Positions 52,702 through 64,000 of a stretch of 64,000 nt of DNA are shown piece after piece. The notes beneath the pieces were generated by a model, which was given only the letters and a program-made list of their open reading frames with translations, was not told the origin of the DNA and made no database searches. A program made the position numbers and the translations under genes. The stretch's first letter is position 1. Each line of letters begins with the position of its first letter. The stretch is from Octopus sinensis (lineage: Eukaryota), in contig NC_043005.1 of the NCBI RefSeq assembly GCF_006345805.1, positions 5,456,001 through 5,520,000 of the forward strand, read 5' to 3'.

Positions 52702-53344
52702 CTGAAAAAGGATTAATTAAAAAACTAGAGCATTATAATTAAGGTGGCATGCTGAGAGAATCATTGGCATGTTGACTAAAATGCTTCTTAGCAGCATTGC
52801 TTCTAATTCTTTATATTATGAGCCGAAAACCTACCCAGGTCATCTTTTATCTTTTTGGGGGTTGGCATAATTGACTTGCCCACTTCCTCCCAAAATTGCT
52901 GGCTTTGTGTCAAAATTTGAAACATTTTAAGCTGGTGTTTGGAGCATAAATTTTGATGGGGGATTTTAATTCAAACTATTTTGAAACAGAAAGTTTGTTA
53001 TAATAGAATGCAATCAAAAAAGTTAAAACCTTCCATCTGTATTCCACGTTAATTTATATTTCATTCACTGGCTTAATAATGACAAAATTATTTTATAAAA
53101 TTTTTATAATTTTAAAAATTAATTGAAACAAAATATAGTAACAAAAGTGTTAAATAAAGAAAAAGTACAGTTGACAATGTAGACCGTAGAGTACAAAAAG
53201 ATGGCCACAAATGTGACAGTTTTTTTGTTTTCAACTGGAGGAAAATGCTTCTGGCACCTTTGCAAGTCCCCTGAGACCTGGGAGACTGACTGTAGAAAAT
53301 GCTACCCTCATCAGAAGCAAGTTAATAACTGCAGAGAAACACAA

Positions 53345-53520
53345 GCTACTGTACACATGGCTAACTCTCTCCTTACAGGCAGCACCCCTGTACATTGTGG
53401 TGTGTATAGCTCTCACAAGCCTTTCATCTACACTTAGTTTCCTCAAAGACCATCAGATCACAGAACAAGGGACTCTGTACTTGGCATTTATTAACCTGGA
53501 GAAAGTCTTCAACAAAGGAT
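53345..53520. mobile_element. RTE RT fragment with an internal inversion
   Basis: Minus 53462->53345 reads VI*WSLRKLSVDERLVRAI..MYRGAACKERVSHVYS; plus 53466-53518 reads GTLYLAFINLEKVFNK. These motifs are adjacent in intact RTE RT. Confidence 0.65.
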
Positions 53521-54721
53521 TACTTTTAACTAAATACTTCTCCTGCAGTTGTCCCAAGAAGGATATGGCATCAATGGTACAATACAAAACTGCATTGCAT
53601 ATATTCTAACTCTCTTTTCTAATTAATTGGACAATATCTCTTAGTGTAACTTTCGTGAACTAGTCTAGCAACTAATCACTTGTGAGGCACACCCTTTATC
53701 CTCATAACAGCTGACTATATTGCTATAGCATCTTCCTGCACAATCTGATTAACTAATTGGGTGACTTAGATCATGCCCTACTCTGCCAGATAGTTTAAGC
53801 ATCCCAGTGATTCCTGATAAACCAGGGCCTTCCCTCGTTCATCATATTGCTGGTGCCTCTGTTGGGTCTGCACTGGGGAAAAGCTTTTTTCTCCTAAGCA
53901 TTTTCCATGCTTAATAGTCTTTCACAGCAGCACTTCTATGCCTCTGTCATAAATGCAAGTACAATTACCCATCTGCACACACATCTCACCCACAACATCT
54001 CATGTGCCTGGCATGCATGAATGCATGCATACATACATTGTATACGTGTGTGTATCATCATCATCAGTTAATGTCTGTCTTCCAATGTTTCCAGTATTCT
54101 CAAGTCCTCTACATTCAAGGTCAATGTCTTACTATCATGCAACATTGCAGTTCTAACACAAGTGTTATACAATCAGCTCTTTATTCTAAGGGAACAGATG
54201 TTAGTTGTGAGCTCCTTGAACTTTCTCCAACCTGTTCTTATTCTGGCTACTATACTTTTAGGACAACCACATTTCCAATAGGCTTATAACATGTCCTCTT
54301 CCAGTGCATCTATTTCCATATAAAGCTTACATTCTCAATCTGCCTGGGATTCCACTATGTTTCCTGTGTCTTGACACCTTACATCATCAGGCACAACATA
54401 TGGAGTTTATGCCTACTCCTTTTCTGAAGGTATCACGGGTTCTGTCTTTCTTTCTTACTAAAATCATCACTGCTAGGTTATTTATCTGTAATGATGGGCT
54501 TCTTTCAGTTTCTGTCCAACAAATCCACTCACAAGGCTTTAACTAGTGCAGAGTTATAGTAGAAGACACCTAAGCAAAGTGTCAGGCAGTGGGATTGAAT
54601 CCACAATTATGTGATTTGCTTAATCATACATTTAAGCAAACTTCTTAACTGGACAGCCATGCCCAAGGGTAGAAGAGAGAAGAAAGAAAAAGAGAGATCA
54701 GATCTATCTATCTAGCTCTTG

Positions 54722-54757
<36 letters not shown>

Positions 54758-54982
54758 CAGTTTTCAGTTGTGAATTAGTAATCTGTAACAGCTGGTTTCA
54801 TTGTTCAGTTCCAGTATGTTGTGGTTCTAGATTCAAATCCTGTTTTCATCTTCAAATTTTATTACATGTCTAAATAGCCAAGATAAATTATTGCCAATAA
54901 AAATATGATATATTGGACCATAAAGTAGTCAAGCTCTTTACCAATGGAAACATTTTTTATAATGTTAATTAGTTAATTAAAT

Positions 54983-56125
54983 TACAAAGGTTGTACTAAA
55001 AGTAATGCAAATGTAGGCATAGCTTTATTAGTAACTGTCATAAGTGGTTCAAATTGCACCTGCTGATGGAGCATCTCTTCAGGTAAATAATGGGTTCCAA
55101 ACAAAAGCAACATGCTCATCATTTGAGTTCTTGTTGAAAGAGAGGTGTAGACTGTCTGCCATTCAGAGAAGGATACAGATTGTTTGCAGAGATGACAACA
55201 TTGACAAAGGCAATGCAGAACAGATGGATGGAGATGTTCAAAGAAGAGGCAACTAGCATTGAAGACAAACTGTGAAGTGGGAGACTGTTAATGATGACCT
55301 CTGACATGAATAGGCAGCGGAAAGATGAAAAGATTTGCGTGGACTGAAGAGTCCTAATTTGTGGGTTTGCTACTCAACTGGGCTGTGGTCACTGTGCAAT
55401 ATAGTAGGCAGTGCATGGCTTTGGGTGCTGGAAAATATGTATAAAGAGTGTACCTCAGTAGTTGATACCCAAAATGAAGGAGAGAAGATTGAAAGTCAAT
55501 CTGATCCACTGGAAGCATTCGAAGCCTATTAAGATATTTTTTTTCCAATCTGATGACAGGAAATGAAATATGAGCAAATCTTTCTGATCTGGAAAGAAGG
55601 CTCAGTCTATGGAACGGTATCACACCTCTTCCCCAAGGCCTAATAAGTGTAAGAGCCAGTGAATGGCAGAGAACATCATGGTGAATGTTGCTGGGGATGA
55701 CAAGTGTGTCATTCTCCCTGATTTTCTGGAACATTGAGACATTCAAAAAGCTTAGAGAAGTCATTAGGAGAGAAAGAGACCAAACAAAAATCTGATAATG
55801 AGACACACTCATCCTGACAATGCATGACCACACATCGGGCATCAACTGTACAATCCTGATTTGGTACCCTTCAGCCCAATGAAAGGTAGTCTTTGGGGAC
55901 AATGATTTGATGACACATACAAGGTAAAAGTGGGCTCAACAGAGCACACCTGAATTTTTTCAAAGAGGCTCTGAGAGTTAGGTTCAACAATGGCACAAAA
56001 CACACTTCTTACAATGGGGACTACATTAAACAGCACCTTTGTAATACATGCAATATGACCAACTAATCTCAGTCAATAAAAAAGTTATGCTCATTTTTGC
56101 ATTTCTTTTTGGTTGAATCTTCTCA
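54983..56125 (+). mobile_element. Degraded full-length mariner transposon
   Basis: Left end TACAAAGGTTGTACTAAAAGTAATGCA; transposase relics FEFLLKERCRLSAIQRRIQIVC, SPRPNK, NIMVNVAGDDKCVILPDFL, HPDNA*PH, YNPDLVP and NGDYIK in mariner order. Confidence 0.8.
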
Positions 56126-56750
56126 GACATTTTGCTGAATTTGATCTCCAATTATCGTTAGTTTGATTCCTGAAAGATTTCTTTAAGTTTCCATTTACCA
56201 GATTCACTCACAAAGCTTTGATCAGCCAGGGGTTTTAAGATATTTGTGAAAAAGGTGCTGTGGAGTAGGACTGAACCCAAAACCATGTAGTTTCAAAGCA
56301 AACTTCTTAATCACACAGCCATGCCTGCACTTATATTCCTTCTGAATTCAAAGCCATTTGTATCTTTCACTGAACAAATCATGTGCTAACATTACAACTG
56401 TACCTGTGTAAGAAACCTCTGGCTGTTCTTGTCCCTTCTATCATACTTCAACCTTTCCAACACCTCATATAAAGCCTCCACCCTTTTTACTATAAACCAA
56501 CTGAGATGACTTTCTAGTCTTGCAAATTACACACCATCCTCACCAGTGCTAATGCCATGAAAAAAGAAAGCACCCAGAACACTCTATAAAATAGTTGGTG
56601 CCAGGAAACGTATCCAGCCTTAGAAACCATGTCGAAACTGAGCCAGCAGAGCAAGACATGTTTCTCCAAACAGTTGGATTCTGCCAGCATGGATGAAAGG
56701 ACAAAAGTGAAATAAGTGGCGACTTATAAGAGAAACCATTATTTACTTAC

Positions 56751-56935
56751 AACCACAAAATATTCCTTGGTGACACTTCTCCATTGAAGAGATTTGCTGT
56801 TGTTGTTGTTGTGGTGGTAGAATACTGTTACCGTTTGTTTGAATGTTGGTCGTTCCATTTGCTATCATTAACAGATATTGATGTAGAATGGCATGTTCAG
56901 AATTTCCTTCTGGAGTATTCACTTCTGAGAAATTC
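56751..56935 (-). CDS. Internal exon of the minus-strand gene, (R)NFSEVNTPEGNSEHAILHQYLLMIANGTTNIQTNGNSILPPQQQQQQISSMEKCHQGIFCG
   Basis: Poly-T acceptor ..tttttag (phase 2), donor T|gtaagt (phase 1), 185 nt fully open. Confidence 0.8.
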
Positions 56936-57689
56936 CTAAAAAAAAAAAAAAAAAAAAAAGAAGAAGAAATAATGCTGGTCAAATAAGTAACATTTCAATG
57001 TGTGAAGCTAACAGGGGAGTCTATGCAGTCATTAGAAATAGCAGCTAAATTACCCTCAAACCACACCATGCCATCTTAAAGGATGTAAAAAAGAGACTGG
57101 ATGGTCAAGGTTGGAATTTCTTTGATTATGTCTCTTCAATTAAAGCTGACCTGGAGCTATACAAAAACAGCAATATTCTGATACATAATGACTTAATATG
57201 GCAGCAGAAGGAGCCAAAGAGTATGTGGTCGCTTAACTTGCTCCAAAATAGCAACTAAATCTCCCTCAGATATCCTACTTTGCTTTTATGCAAACACACC
57301 AAATATACATATTCACACACACACAAAAGCAGATATGCATCGTCATAATTGTTGTTTTAACAGCCCTCTTCTATGCTTCAAGGTTGAGACAGATTTTCTG
57401 ATTGGACACCCTTCCTGTTGCTAAGAGAGACGTTTTTCATGGAAGATGGGAAATGAATGACACCACTTCTATGATAGTTACACTTGTTTACAACTATCAT
57501 GTAATGTCAAGACAAGTAACCACACACACAATTGATACATATTTAACCATTGTGGTATAAAGCAATTTGCAAAGAAAGGGAAAAACATTAGAATGTAAAA
57601 ATTAATATTTTACCACAAGTATTGAAAAAGTACCCTGAAAGTAATCAGGTCTCTGAACTTTCTTTCTAACCTAATATAAATATATATAA

Positions 57690-57740
<51 letters not shown>

Positions 57741-58203
57741 TGTTGAATAGGTATATAATAAGTTTCAAAATTTCAACAGAAACACAGCAAGGGAACAAAT
57801 GCAAAATTCACACACAAGACGGGATGTTGCTCATTCCTTGTCAGTTATCATCCAAAAGATACTTAAAATTTCATGCCTTTAGCAATAATAATAATATTGC
57901 TCACTTTTGGTGGCGTCAGCAGCAAAAAGCTGCTGGGAATAGTGAGCGAACGTTCAGGACAGTGACAAAAGCTAGCAAGACACAAATGCAAATAGACAGG
58001 TTCAAAAAAAAAACAATAGCAGTTGAACCCTGGGTCACTGTAATTGGCTATGCTCCCCTCCACCAAAATTCCAGGCCAGGTGCCTATAGTAGAAAGGGTT
58101 ACTACTACTGATGCTGCTGCTGGCAGAAATACCACCCTCCAGGCAGTTTCCTGCAAGTGATAGATAATACTGTGTTAATTATATCCACTTACGTAATACT
58201 TAC

Positions 58204-58446
58204 CTAAAACATGCTGCTGTTGTAGCAGGTCTGTGATTAAGACTTTTCCTTTGGTCAGTCTTTTGATTAGCCTTCTTGGGTTTAGAGACAAACTGACTAG
58301 TGTGAAGAGGAAATACATTCTTTCTCTCTGATAAATGGTTAACATTTAGAATTAATAATTCCTCTTTATAATCAAATTTTGAAGAATTGTACTTCAGGTT
58401 ACTGCCAGAGTTCATTTTCACATATTCAGTATTTGGTATATATTTA
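58204..58446 (-). CDS. Exon of the minus-strand gene, KYIPNTEYVKMNSGSNLKYNSSKFDYKEELLILNVNHLSERKNVFPLHTSQFVSKPKKANQKTDQRKSLNHRPATTAACF
   Basis: Acceptor tttcaattttcatctccatttcag, donor AG|gtaagt; 243 nt, symmetric phase 2/2, fully open. AG+G gives Arg with the next exon. Confidence 0.8.
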
Positions 58447-59359
58447 CTGAAATGGAGATGAAAATTGAAACCAGAATAAGAAAAATATGTAAATTTGAAA
58501 TCTGTAATTGGTAGATTTTATCTGTTGATATCATAGGCATGGTTGCTATAGATACACAGATGGCTGTGTGGTTATGGAGTTTGCTTCCTAGATTGGTGTT
58601 TTGGTGTTCAGCCCAAGGCCAATTGAAGCCTTGTAAGTGGATTTAGTAGACAAAAATTGAAGAAGTTTGTCTATGTATGTATGTATGTATGAGTGTGTAT
58701 GTATACATGTGTATATGCTTGTGTCCAGTTATCTTTACATCATATGAAGTTGTAAATGAGCGTCACTGTCATACAACCAGTGTCATTTATTTCCCGCCAT
58801 TAGGAAATATTACTTTGCTTGGAAACAGATGAGGGTTGGCAACCAACCATAGAAGGTCTGCTTCAACAAATACCATTTGGCTCTTTATAAAGAAAGCAAT
58901 GATGATGATATAATTTAACCAGTGGTCAATTCTGATCAAGGAACAAACATATGAACTAGAGTGTTCTAGCTGTAACCATTTTGGATATAAAAAAACCCAG
59001 AATGGTTACAGCTACGACACTAGTTCATTTCTAGTGTTTGAAATATGGAGTGATATTCTGGTATTGTCGTGTTTAAGATATGGAATGGTTGGTATTCCAG
59101 TATTCTGATTTCTATTTCACATGTTAATTGTTGTGGAGTTCTAGATTGTTTAACATACAGCTAAAGTTGTTATGCAGTTATATCTGTATGTAATGCTAAA
59201 AGTATGATTGTGATATTGCCAGCGTAGAATGCTTTGTAGATATTTTAAAGTTGAGTTGAAATGGAGAGGATGAAAAAATGTGAAAAGCACGATTGATTTT
59301 GGAAGTATCCAGGACAAGTCTTTAAGCAATTTTCCATAGATCTGAGATAATGTATTTGG

Positions 59360-59570
59360 TTAACCCTTTCATTACCAACCTGGCTGAAACCATCTCTGGC
59401 TCTGAGTACAAATGTCTTGTTTTCATAAGTTTTGAATTAAAATCTTCCACCAAACCTTCCTCACAATAGCTTAATGATAACTAAGTTATTTTACTAAATT
59501 CTTTGTTATACTAAAAATTAATTGAAAGAAACACAGCATCTCAGAATAAATACAGTAACGAAAGGGCTAA
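59360..59570. mobile_element. TTAA-bounded MITE (family G)
   Basis: TTAACCCTTTCATTAC...GTAACGAAAGGGCTAA inverted ends. Confidence 0.7.
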
Positions 59571-60725
59571 ACAATGTGTTCATTCTGAGATATCAATGAC
59601 GGTATATTGCATATGCACAATATTCCTAGTGGAACAAAAATTTACCCTTAATATCTTATACTAATAAAGCTGCCAAAAGATATCCTAGGAAGCAATTTTT
59701 TTTTTCACTACCATTAGTGAAAGGACTATATTATCATCATCATCGTCGTTGTCATCTATCCACTTTGCATGCTTGCATGGGTTGGACTGGTCATCACAGT
59801 CAAGGTCATCTGTTGTTGGCAGCCACTCGTTCAATAGACAGGTGCTAGTATGGGTCATTTGTCATTTTCTACAGCTGGTGTTTTGTCTCTTTTTATTTTA
59901 TGTTTTCCAGCATGCAGTACCCAGACAGACCCAGAGAATGTAAGAGAATTCTGTTTCCATTTATTTACATAAAAATAATTACATATACACATACGAATAT
60001 GAACACATTTATGCAAATATACGTGTTCACGCACTGCTAGACATATCTACATCCTCAGTGATATCCTAATGGACTAATGGACTTACAGAACATGATTTAC
60101 TTACATTCATATATCAATGTTCAACATTACTTTCATTAAACAAAACAAGAGAAATTTGAGAACAGCAAACCAGCAGCTTATAGCAAGAGCTTATTGCTTA
60201 GTTGCTATTTGGGTGCTGCAGTTAGAAAAATGAATAAACAGATCTCCCAACACGTTTGTTCAATTTATGTCTGTTGCTCCATACAAGCATAGATTAGATG
60301 AACATATCATACAGCATCTTTCTTTTAATAACCAGATAACCATTTTTGTTGCTAACACATCATCATCATTGTTTAATGTCTGTTTTCCATACTGGCATGG
60401 TTTGGACTGTTTGACTGAAGATTCAAGGCTGCACCAGGCTCCAATCCAATCTGGCAATGTTTCTACAGCTTGATGCCCTTCCTAAAGCCAACTACTCCAA
60501 GGGTGTAGTGGGTGGTTTGCACATGCCAGCGGCACAGGAGCCAGTCACGCAGACCTAGCATCAATCACGTTTGGATAGTGCTTAGGTTATTCTAATAAAA
60601 GATCTCTTAATTCACACATCTTTAAGGACACAAAACAACTATGTGGTTTGTTAACAGGAGAACTGACAAAACTAACACTCATATTTACTTTTGTAGAGCA
60701 CAGATGTAAATTCAGACTATAAATA

Positions 60726-60773
<48 letters not shown>

Positions 60774-61397
60774 ATATTTACACACACACACACACAAATA
60801 TATATATAGTTGAAATTTACAGAAAAGCAAAAGATGAAGACAGGTGTATGAACAACAAGCAGGTGTATTAGTTTGAAGCTTGGGAAAGTGAGAAAGTCTT
60901 GTATGTGTATATAGACCTGACGGAAGCCCCTTATGCGCATGCACAATCATCATCAGCAGCTAGGCTTGACCACCCATTCATCCTCTTTGGCCCCGGCTTC
61001 TGACCAGACAGGGCGCGACTGAGACCAGCTCTGTGGAGCTGGAATTCTGATGGCGAGCAACGTTGTGAGTCTGTGAAAATGCCTTCGTATTTTTGTGTCT
61101 AACTACCAACCCTGCTGCTTCCACACCAAGGCATCCAGGCTACCGATGTCCAGAGATGAAATGGTTATTCAGGCGAAATAAATCATTATTGTTATTTGTT
61201 TGGAGAGATCTTGTCCTTGCCTTTTCCTTCCATGAACTATGTATGGAATTGTGAAGCACCCATCCAGTGCCAACTCATTTCCTACAACTTTTTCATTTTC
61301 CAAGGCGTTATACTAATACATCTGTTTGTTGTCTACACCACCTGTCTTTGTCTTTTTTTTTTAATTCTCCCATATATATATATATATATATATATGT

Positions 61398-61673
61398 AGG
61401 TCCCGGGTTGATTCGGGGTTAACCACAGTAAATAAGGTACTCAATACATAGCAGAGTAAAATTAATTTATTATATAGAAGGAGCTTTACAGGACTAGAAC
61501 TGTTTCATTCAAGAGAAATCTTCAGGAAGCTAGTTAACAAGAATTGTATTGGCATTTATACATTTAGGCAGGTTAAAGGGGTGTTGGTGGGGGACTTTTT
61601 GGGGGTAGGCATAGCGCAAAAAATCGTACTTGGGGAGTGGTCAAGGAGTCAGTGTTAAATTAGATAGGAGAAT

Positions 61674-61706
<33 letters not shown>

Positions 61707-61803
61707 CAAATATAAAATATAAAAAATAAAAAATAGAAAATAGAAAATAAAAAAATATAAAAAAATATGTAAAAAATAAAAATAAAAATAAAAATAAAAA
61801 ATA

Positions 61804-61810
<7 letters not shown>
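61398..61810 (-). mobile_element. Penelope-like element terminal/3' region with a hammerhead-like core
   Basis: Minus strand reads CTGAAGA-TTTCTCTTGAAT-GAAAC-AGTT at about 61500-61525, downstream of an AT-rich tract and followed by AATAAA, which is the usual PLE layout. Confidence 0.5.
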
Positions 61811-61852
<42 letters not shown>

Positions 61853-62698
61853 AATAAAGTTTTAGGTAAATAAGGAGATTCTCACTTATACCTCTACACA
61901 TACACACATATATATACAATCACACATATACATATCTACACATACACATATATATGTATACATACACACACTCACTTGCATACACGTATACACACATGTA
62001 TATATACACACACGACCACACATACATATACACACAGAAAAATATATATATACACATACACACACATCTACTCACATACACGCATACACACACAAATCCA
62101 TACACACACATGCGCGCACACACAGCACACTAGTCCCTATATACACATATATACACATACACACATATATATACACCCACACATACACATACATACACAT
62201 ATATATACATACATACACATACATATACACATATACATACATACACATATATATATATATATACACATATATATACATATGTGTACCCATGCATACCTAC
62301 ACATACACACATATATATATATACATATACAAATACAGACCCATTCCCTAATTTTAATTTTATTATCTTCGTTTATTACTTTTGTTATCTTTGGCCGCTT
62401 GGTCACAAACATCTTGGCTATGACAGCCAGACCATTTATCCGGCTACTGGAAAACAATTACTCATTCACTCACGCACACTCTTTAGCACGTACACTCACT
62501 CATTCGTACACTCATACGCATACACGCACGCACGCGTTATATTCATACATACATACATCTACATACATTCACGTATATACACATACGTACGCGTACCTAC
62601 AGATTCATGTCTACACTCTTAGAGGGCTAGTCTATACATATACACCAATAAATATAAATACACACACATACATGTACACCTACATACAAATACATACA

Positions 62699-62745
<47 letters not shown>

Positions 62746-62862
62746 TACGCGTACCTACAGATTCATGTCTACACTCTTAGAAGGCTAGTCTATACATATA
62801 CACCCATAAATATAAATACACACACATACATACATGTACACCTACATACAAATACATACATG

Positions 62863-62923
<61 letters not shown>

Positions 62924-63746
62924 TACATATATATACATATATATATTTATACTAACATGCATACTCAAAAAATAAGTAAATAGTAAATATATATACACGC
63001 GCAGTTATTCATACGTGAATGTATGTAGATGTATGTATGTATGAATATAACGCGTGCGTGCGTGTATGCGTATGAGTGTACGAATGAGTGAGTGTACGTG
63101 CTAAAGAGTGTGCGTGAGTGAATGAGTAATTGTTTTCCAGTAGCCGGATAAATGGTCTGGCTGTCATAGCCAAGATGTTTGTGACCAAGCGGCCAAAGAT
63201 AACAAAAGTAATAAACGAAGATAATAAAATTAAAATTAGGGAATGGGTCTGTATTTGTATATGTATATATATATGTGTGTATGTGTAGGTATGCATGGGT
63301 ACACATATGTATATATATGTGTATATATATATATATATGTGTATGTATGTATATGTGTATATGTATGTGTATGTATGTATATATATGTGTATGTATGTGT
63401 ATGTGTGGGTGTATATATATGTGTGTATGTGTATATATGTGTATATAGGGACTAGTGTGCTGTGTGTGTGCGCATGTGTGTGTATGGATTTGTGTGTGTA
63501 TGCGTGTATGTGAGTAGATGTGTGTGTATGTGTATATATATATTTTTCTGTGTGTATATGTATGTGTGGTCGTGTGTGTATATATACATGTGTGTATACG
63601 TGTATGCAAGTGAGTGTGTGTATGTATACATATATATGTGTATGTGTAGATATGTATATGTATGTGTGATTGTATATATATGTGTGTATGTGTAGAGGTA
63701 TAAGTGAGAATCTCCTTATTTACCTAAAACTTTATTCCCCCCCTTT

Positions 63747-63832
<86 letters not shown>

Positions 63833-64000
63833 ACATATTTTTTAATATTTTTTTATTTTCTATTTTCTATTTTTATTTTTTATTTTTATATTTTTTATTT
63901 GTTATTTTTTATTTTTTACTTTTTATTTTTTATTTTTTATTTATTCTCCTATCTAATTTAACACTGACTCCTTGACCACTCCCCCAAGTACGATTTTTTG
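61618..64000. repeat. Large inverted duplication: left arm about 61618-62576, right arm 63011->64000 (runs off the window), spacer 62577-63010
   Basis: The window end reverse-complements to CAAAAAATCGTACTTGGGG(G)AGTGGTCAAGGAGTCAG at 61618. Unique segment 62330-62470 mirrors about 63120-63255; the inner boundary is ..ATTCACGTAT / ATACGTGAAT... Confidence 0.95.

Noticed and set aside
60080-60125. Two GTAAGT donors on the minus strand as upstream coding exons of the second gene
   Set aside because: The upstream sequence has stops in the required phase; at most a non-coding 5' UTR exon, with no support.
61976-63609. 270-aa and 214-aa His/Ile/Thr-rich ORFs
   Set aside because: Low-complexity (CA/TA) translations duplicated by the inverted repeat; not credible proteins.

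Overview
AT-rich, repeat-dense animal genomic DNA. The SINE, RTE and MITE families and the abundant (TA)n/(CA)n/(ATT)n tracts look like an octopus (coleoid cephalopod) genome; this is inferred, not proven. Two convergent spliced protein-coding genes can be rebuilt from splice signals and phase. (1) On +, the 3' part of an extracellular heparan-sulfate 6-O-endosulfatase (Sulf1/SULF family): exons 13993-14021, 16521-16605, 33729-33871, 35951-36068 and a probable terminal exon 44849-45015, then a long, repeat-poor putative 3' UTR. (2) On -, a gene I cannot identify: exons 58446-58204, 56935-56751 and 52701-52439, all phase-compatible. The introns hold tRNA-derived SINEs, RTE, CR1, R4/Dong and Penelope-like retroelement relics, a mariner relic and TTAA-bounded MITEs. 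The most notable structures are a >=1 kb-arm inverted duplication at the right edge, a young hierarchical tandem array of an RTE 3' UTR (40.2-42.1 kb), a densely base-paired block with a hammerhead-like core in the putative Sulf 3' UTR (46.6-47.0 kb), several fold-back hairpins, and a 29-nt microexon with a phase-alternative acceptor. Almost all ORFs in the supplied track are spurious (microsatellite or repeat derived). All coordinates were read by eye; repeat boundaries are approximate.
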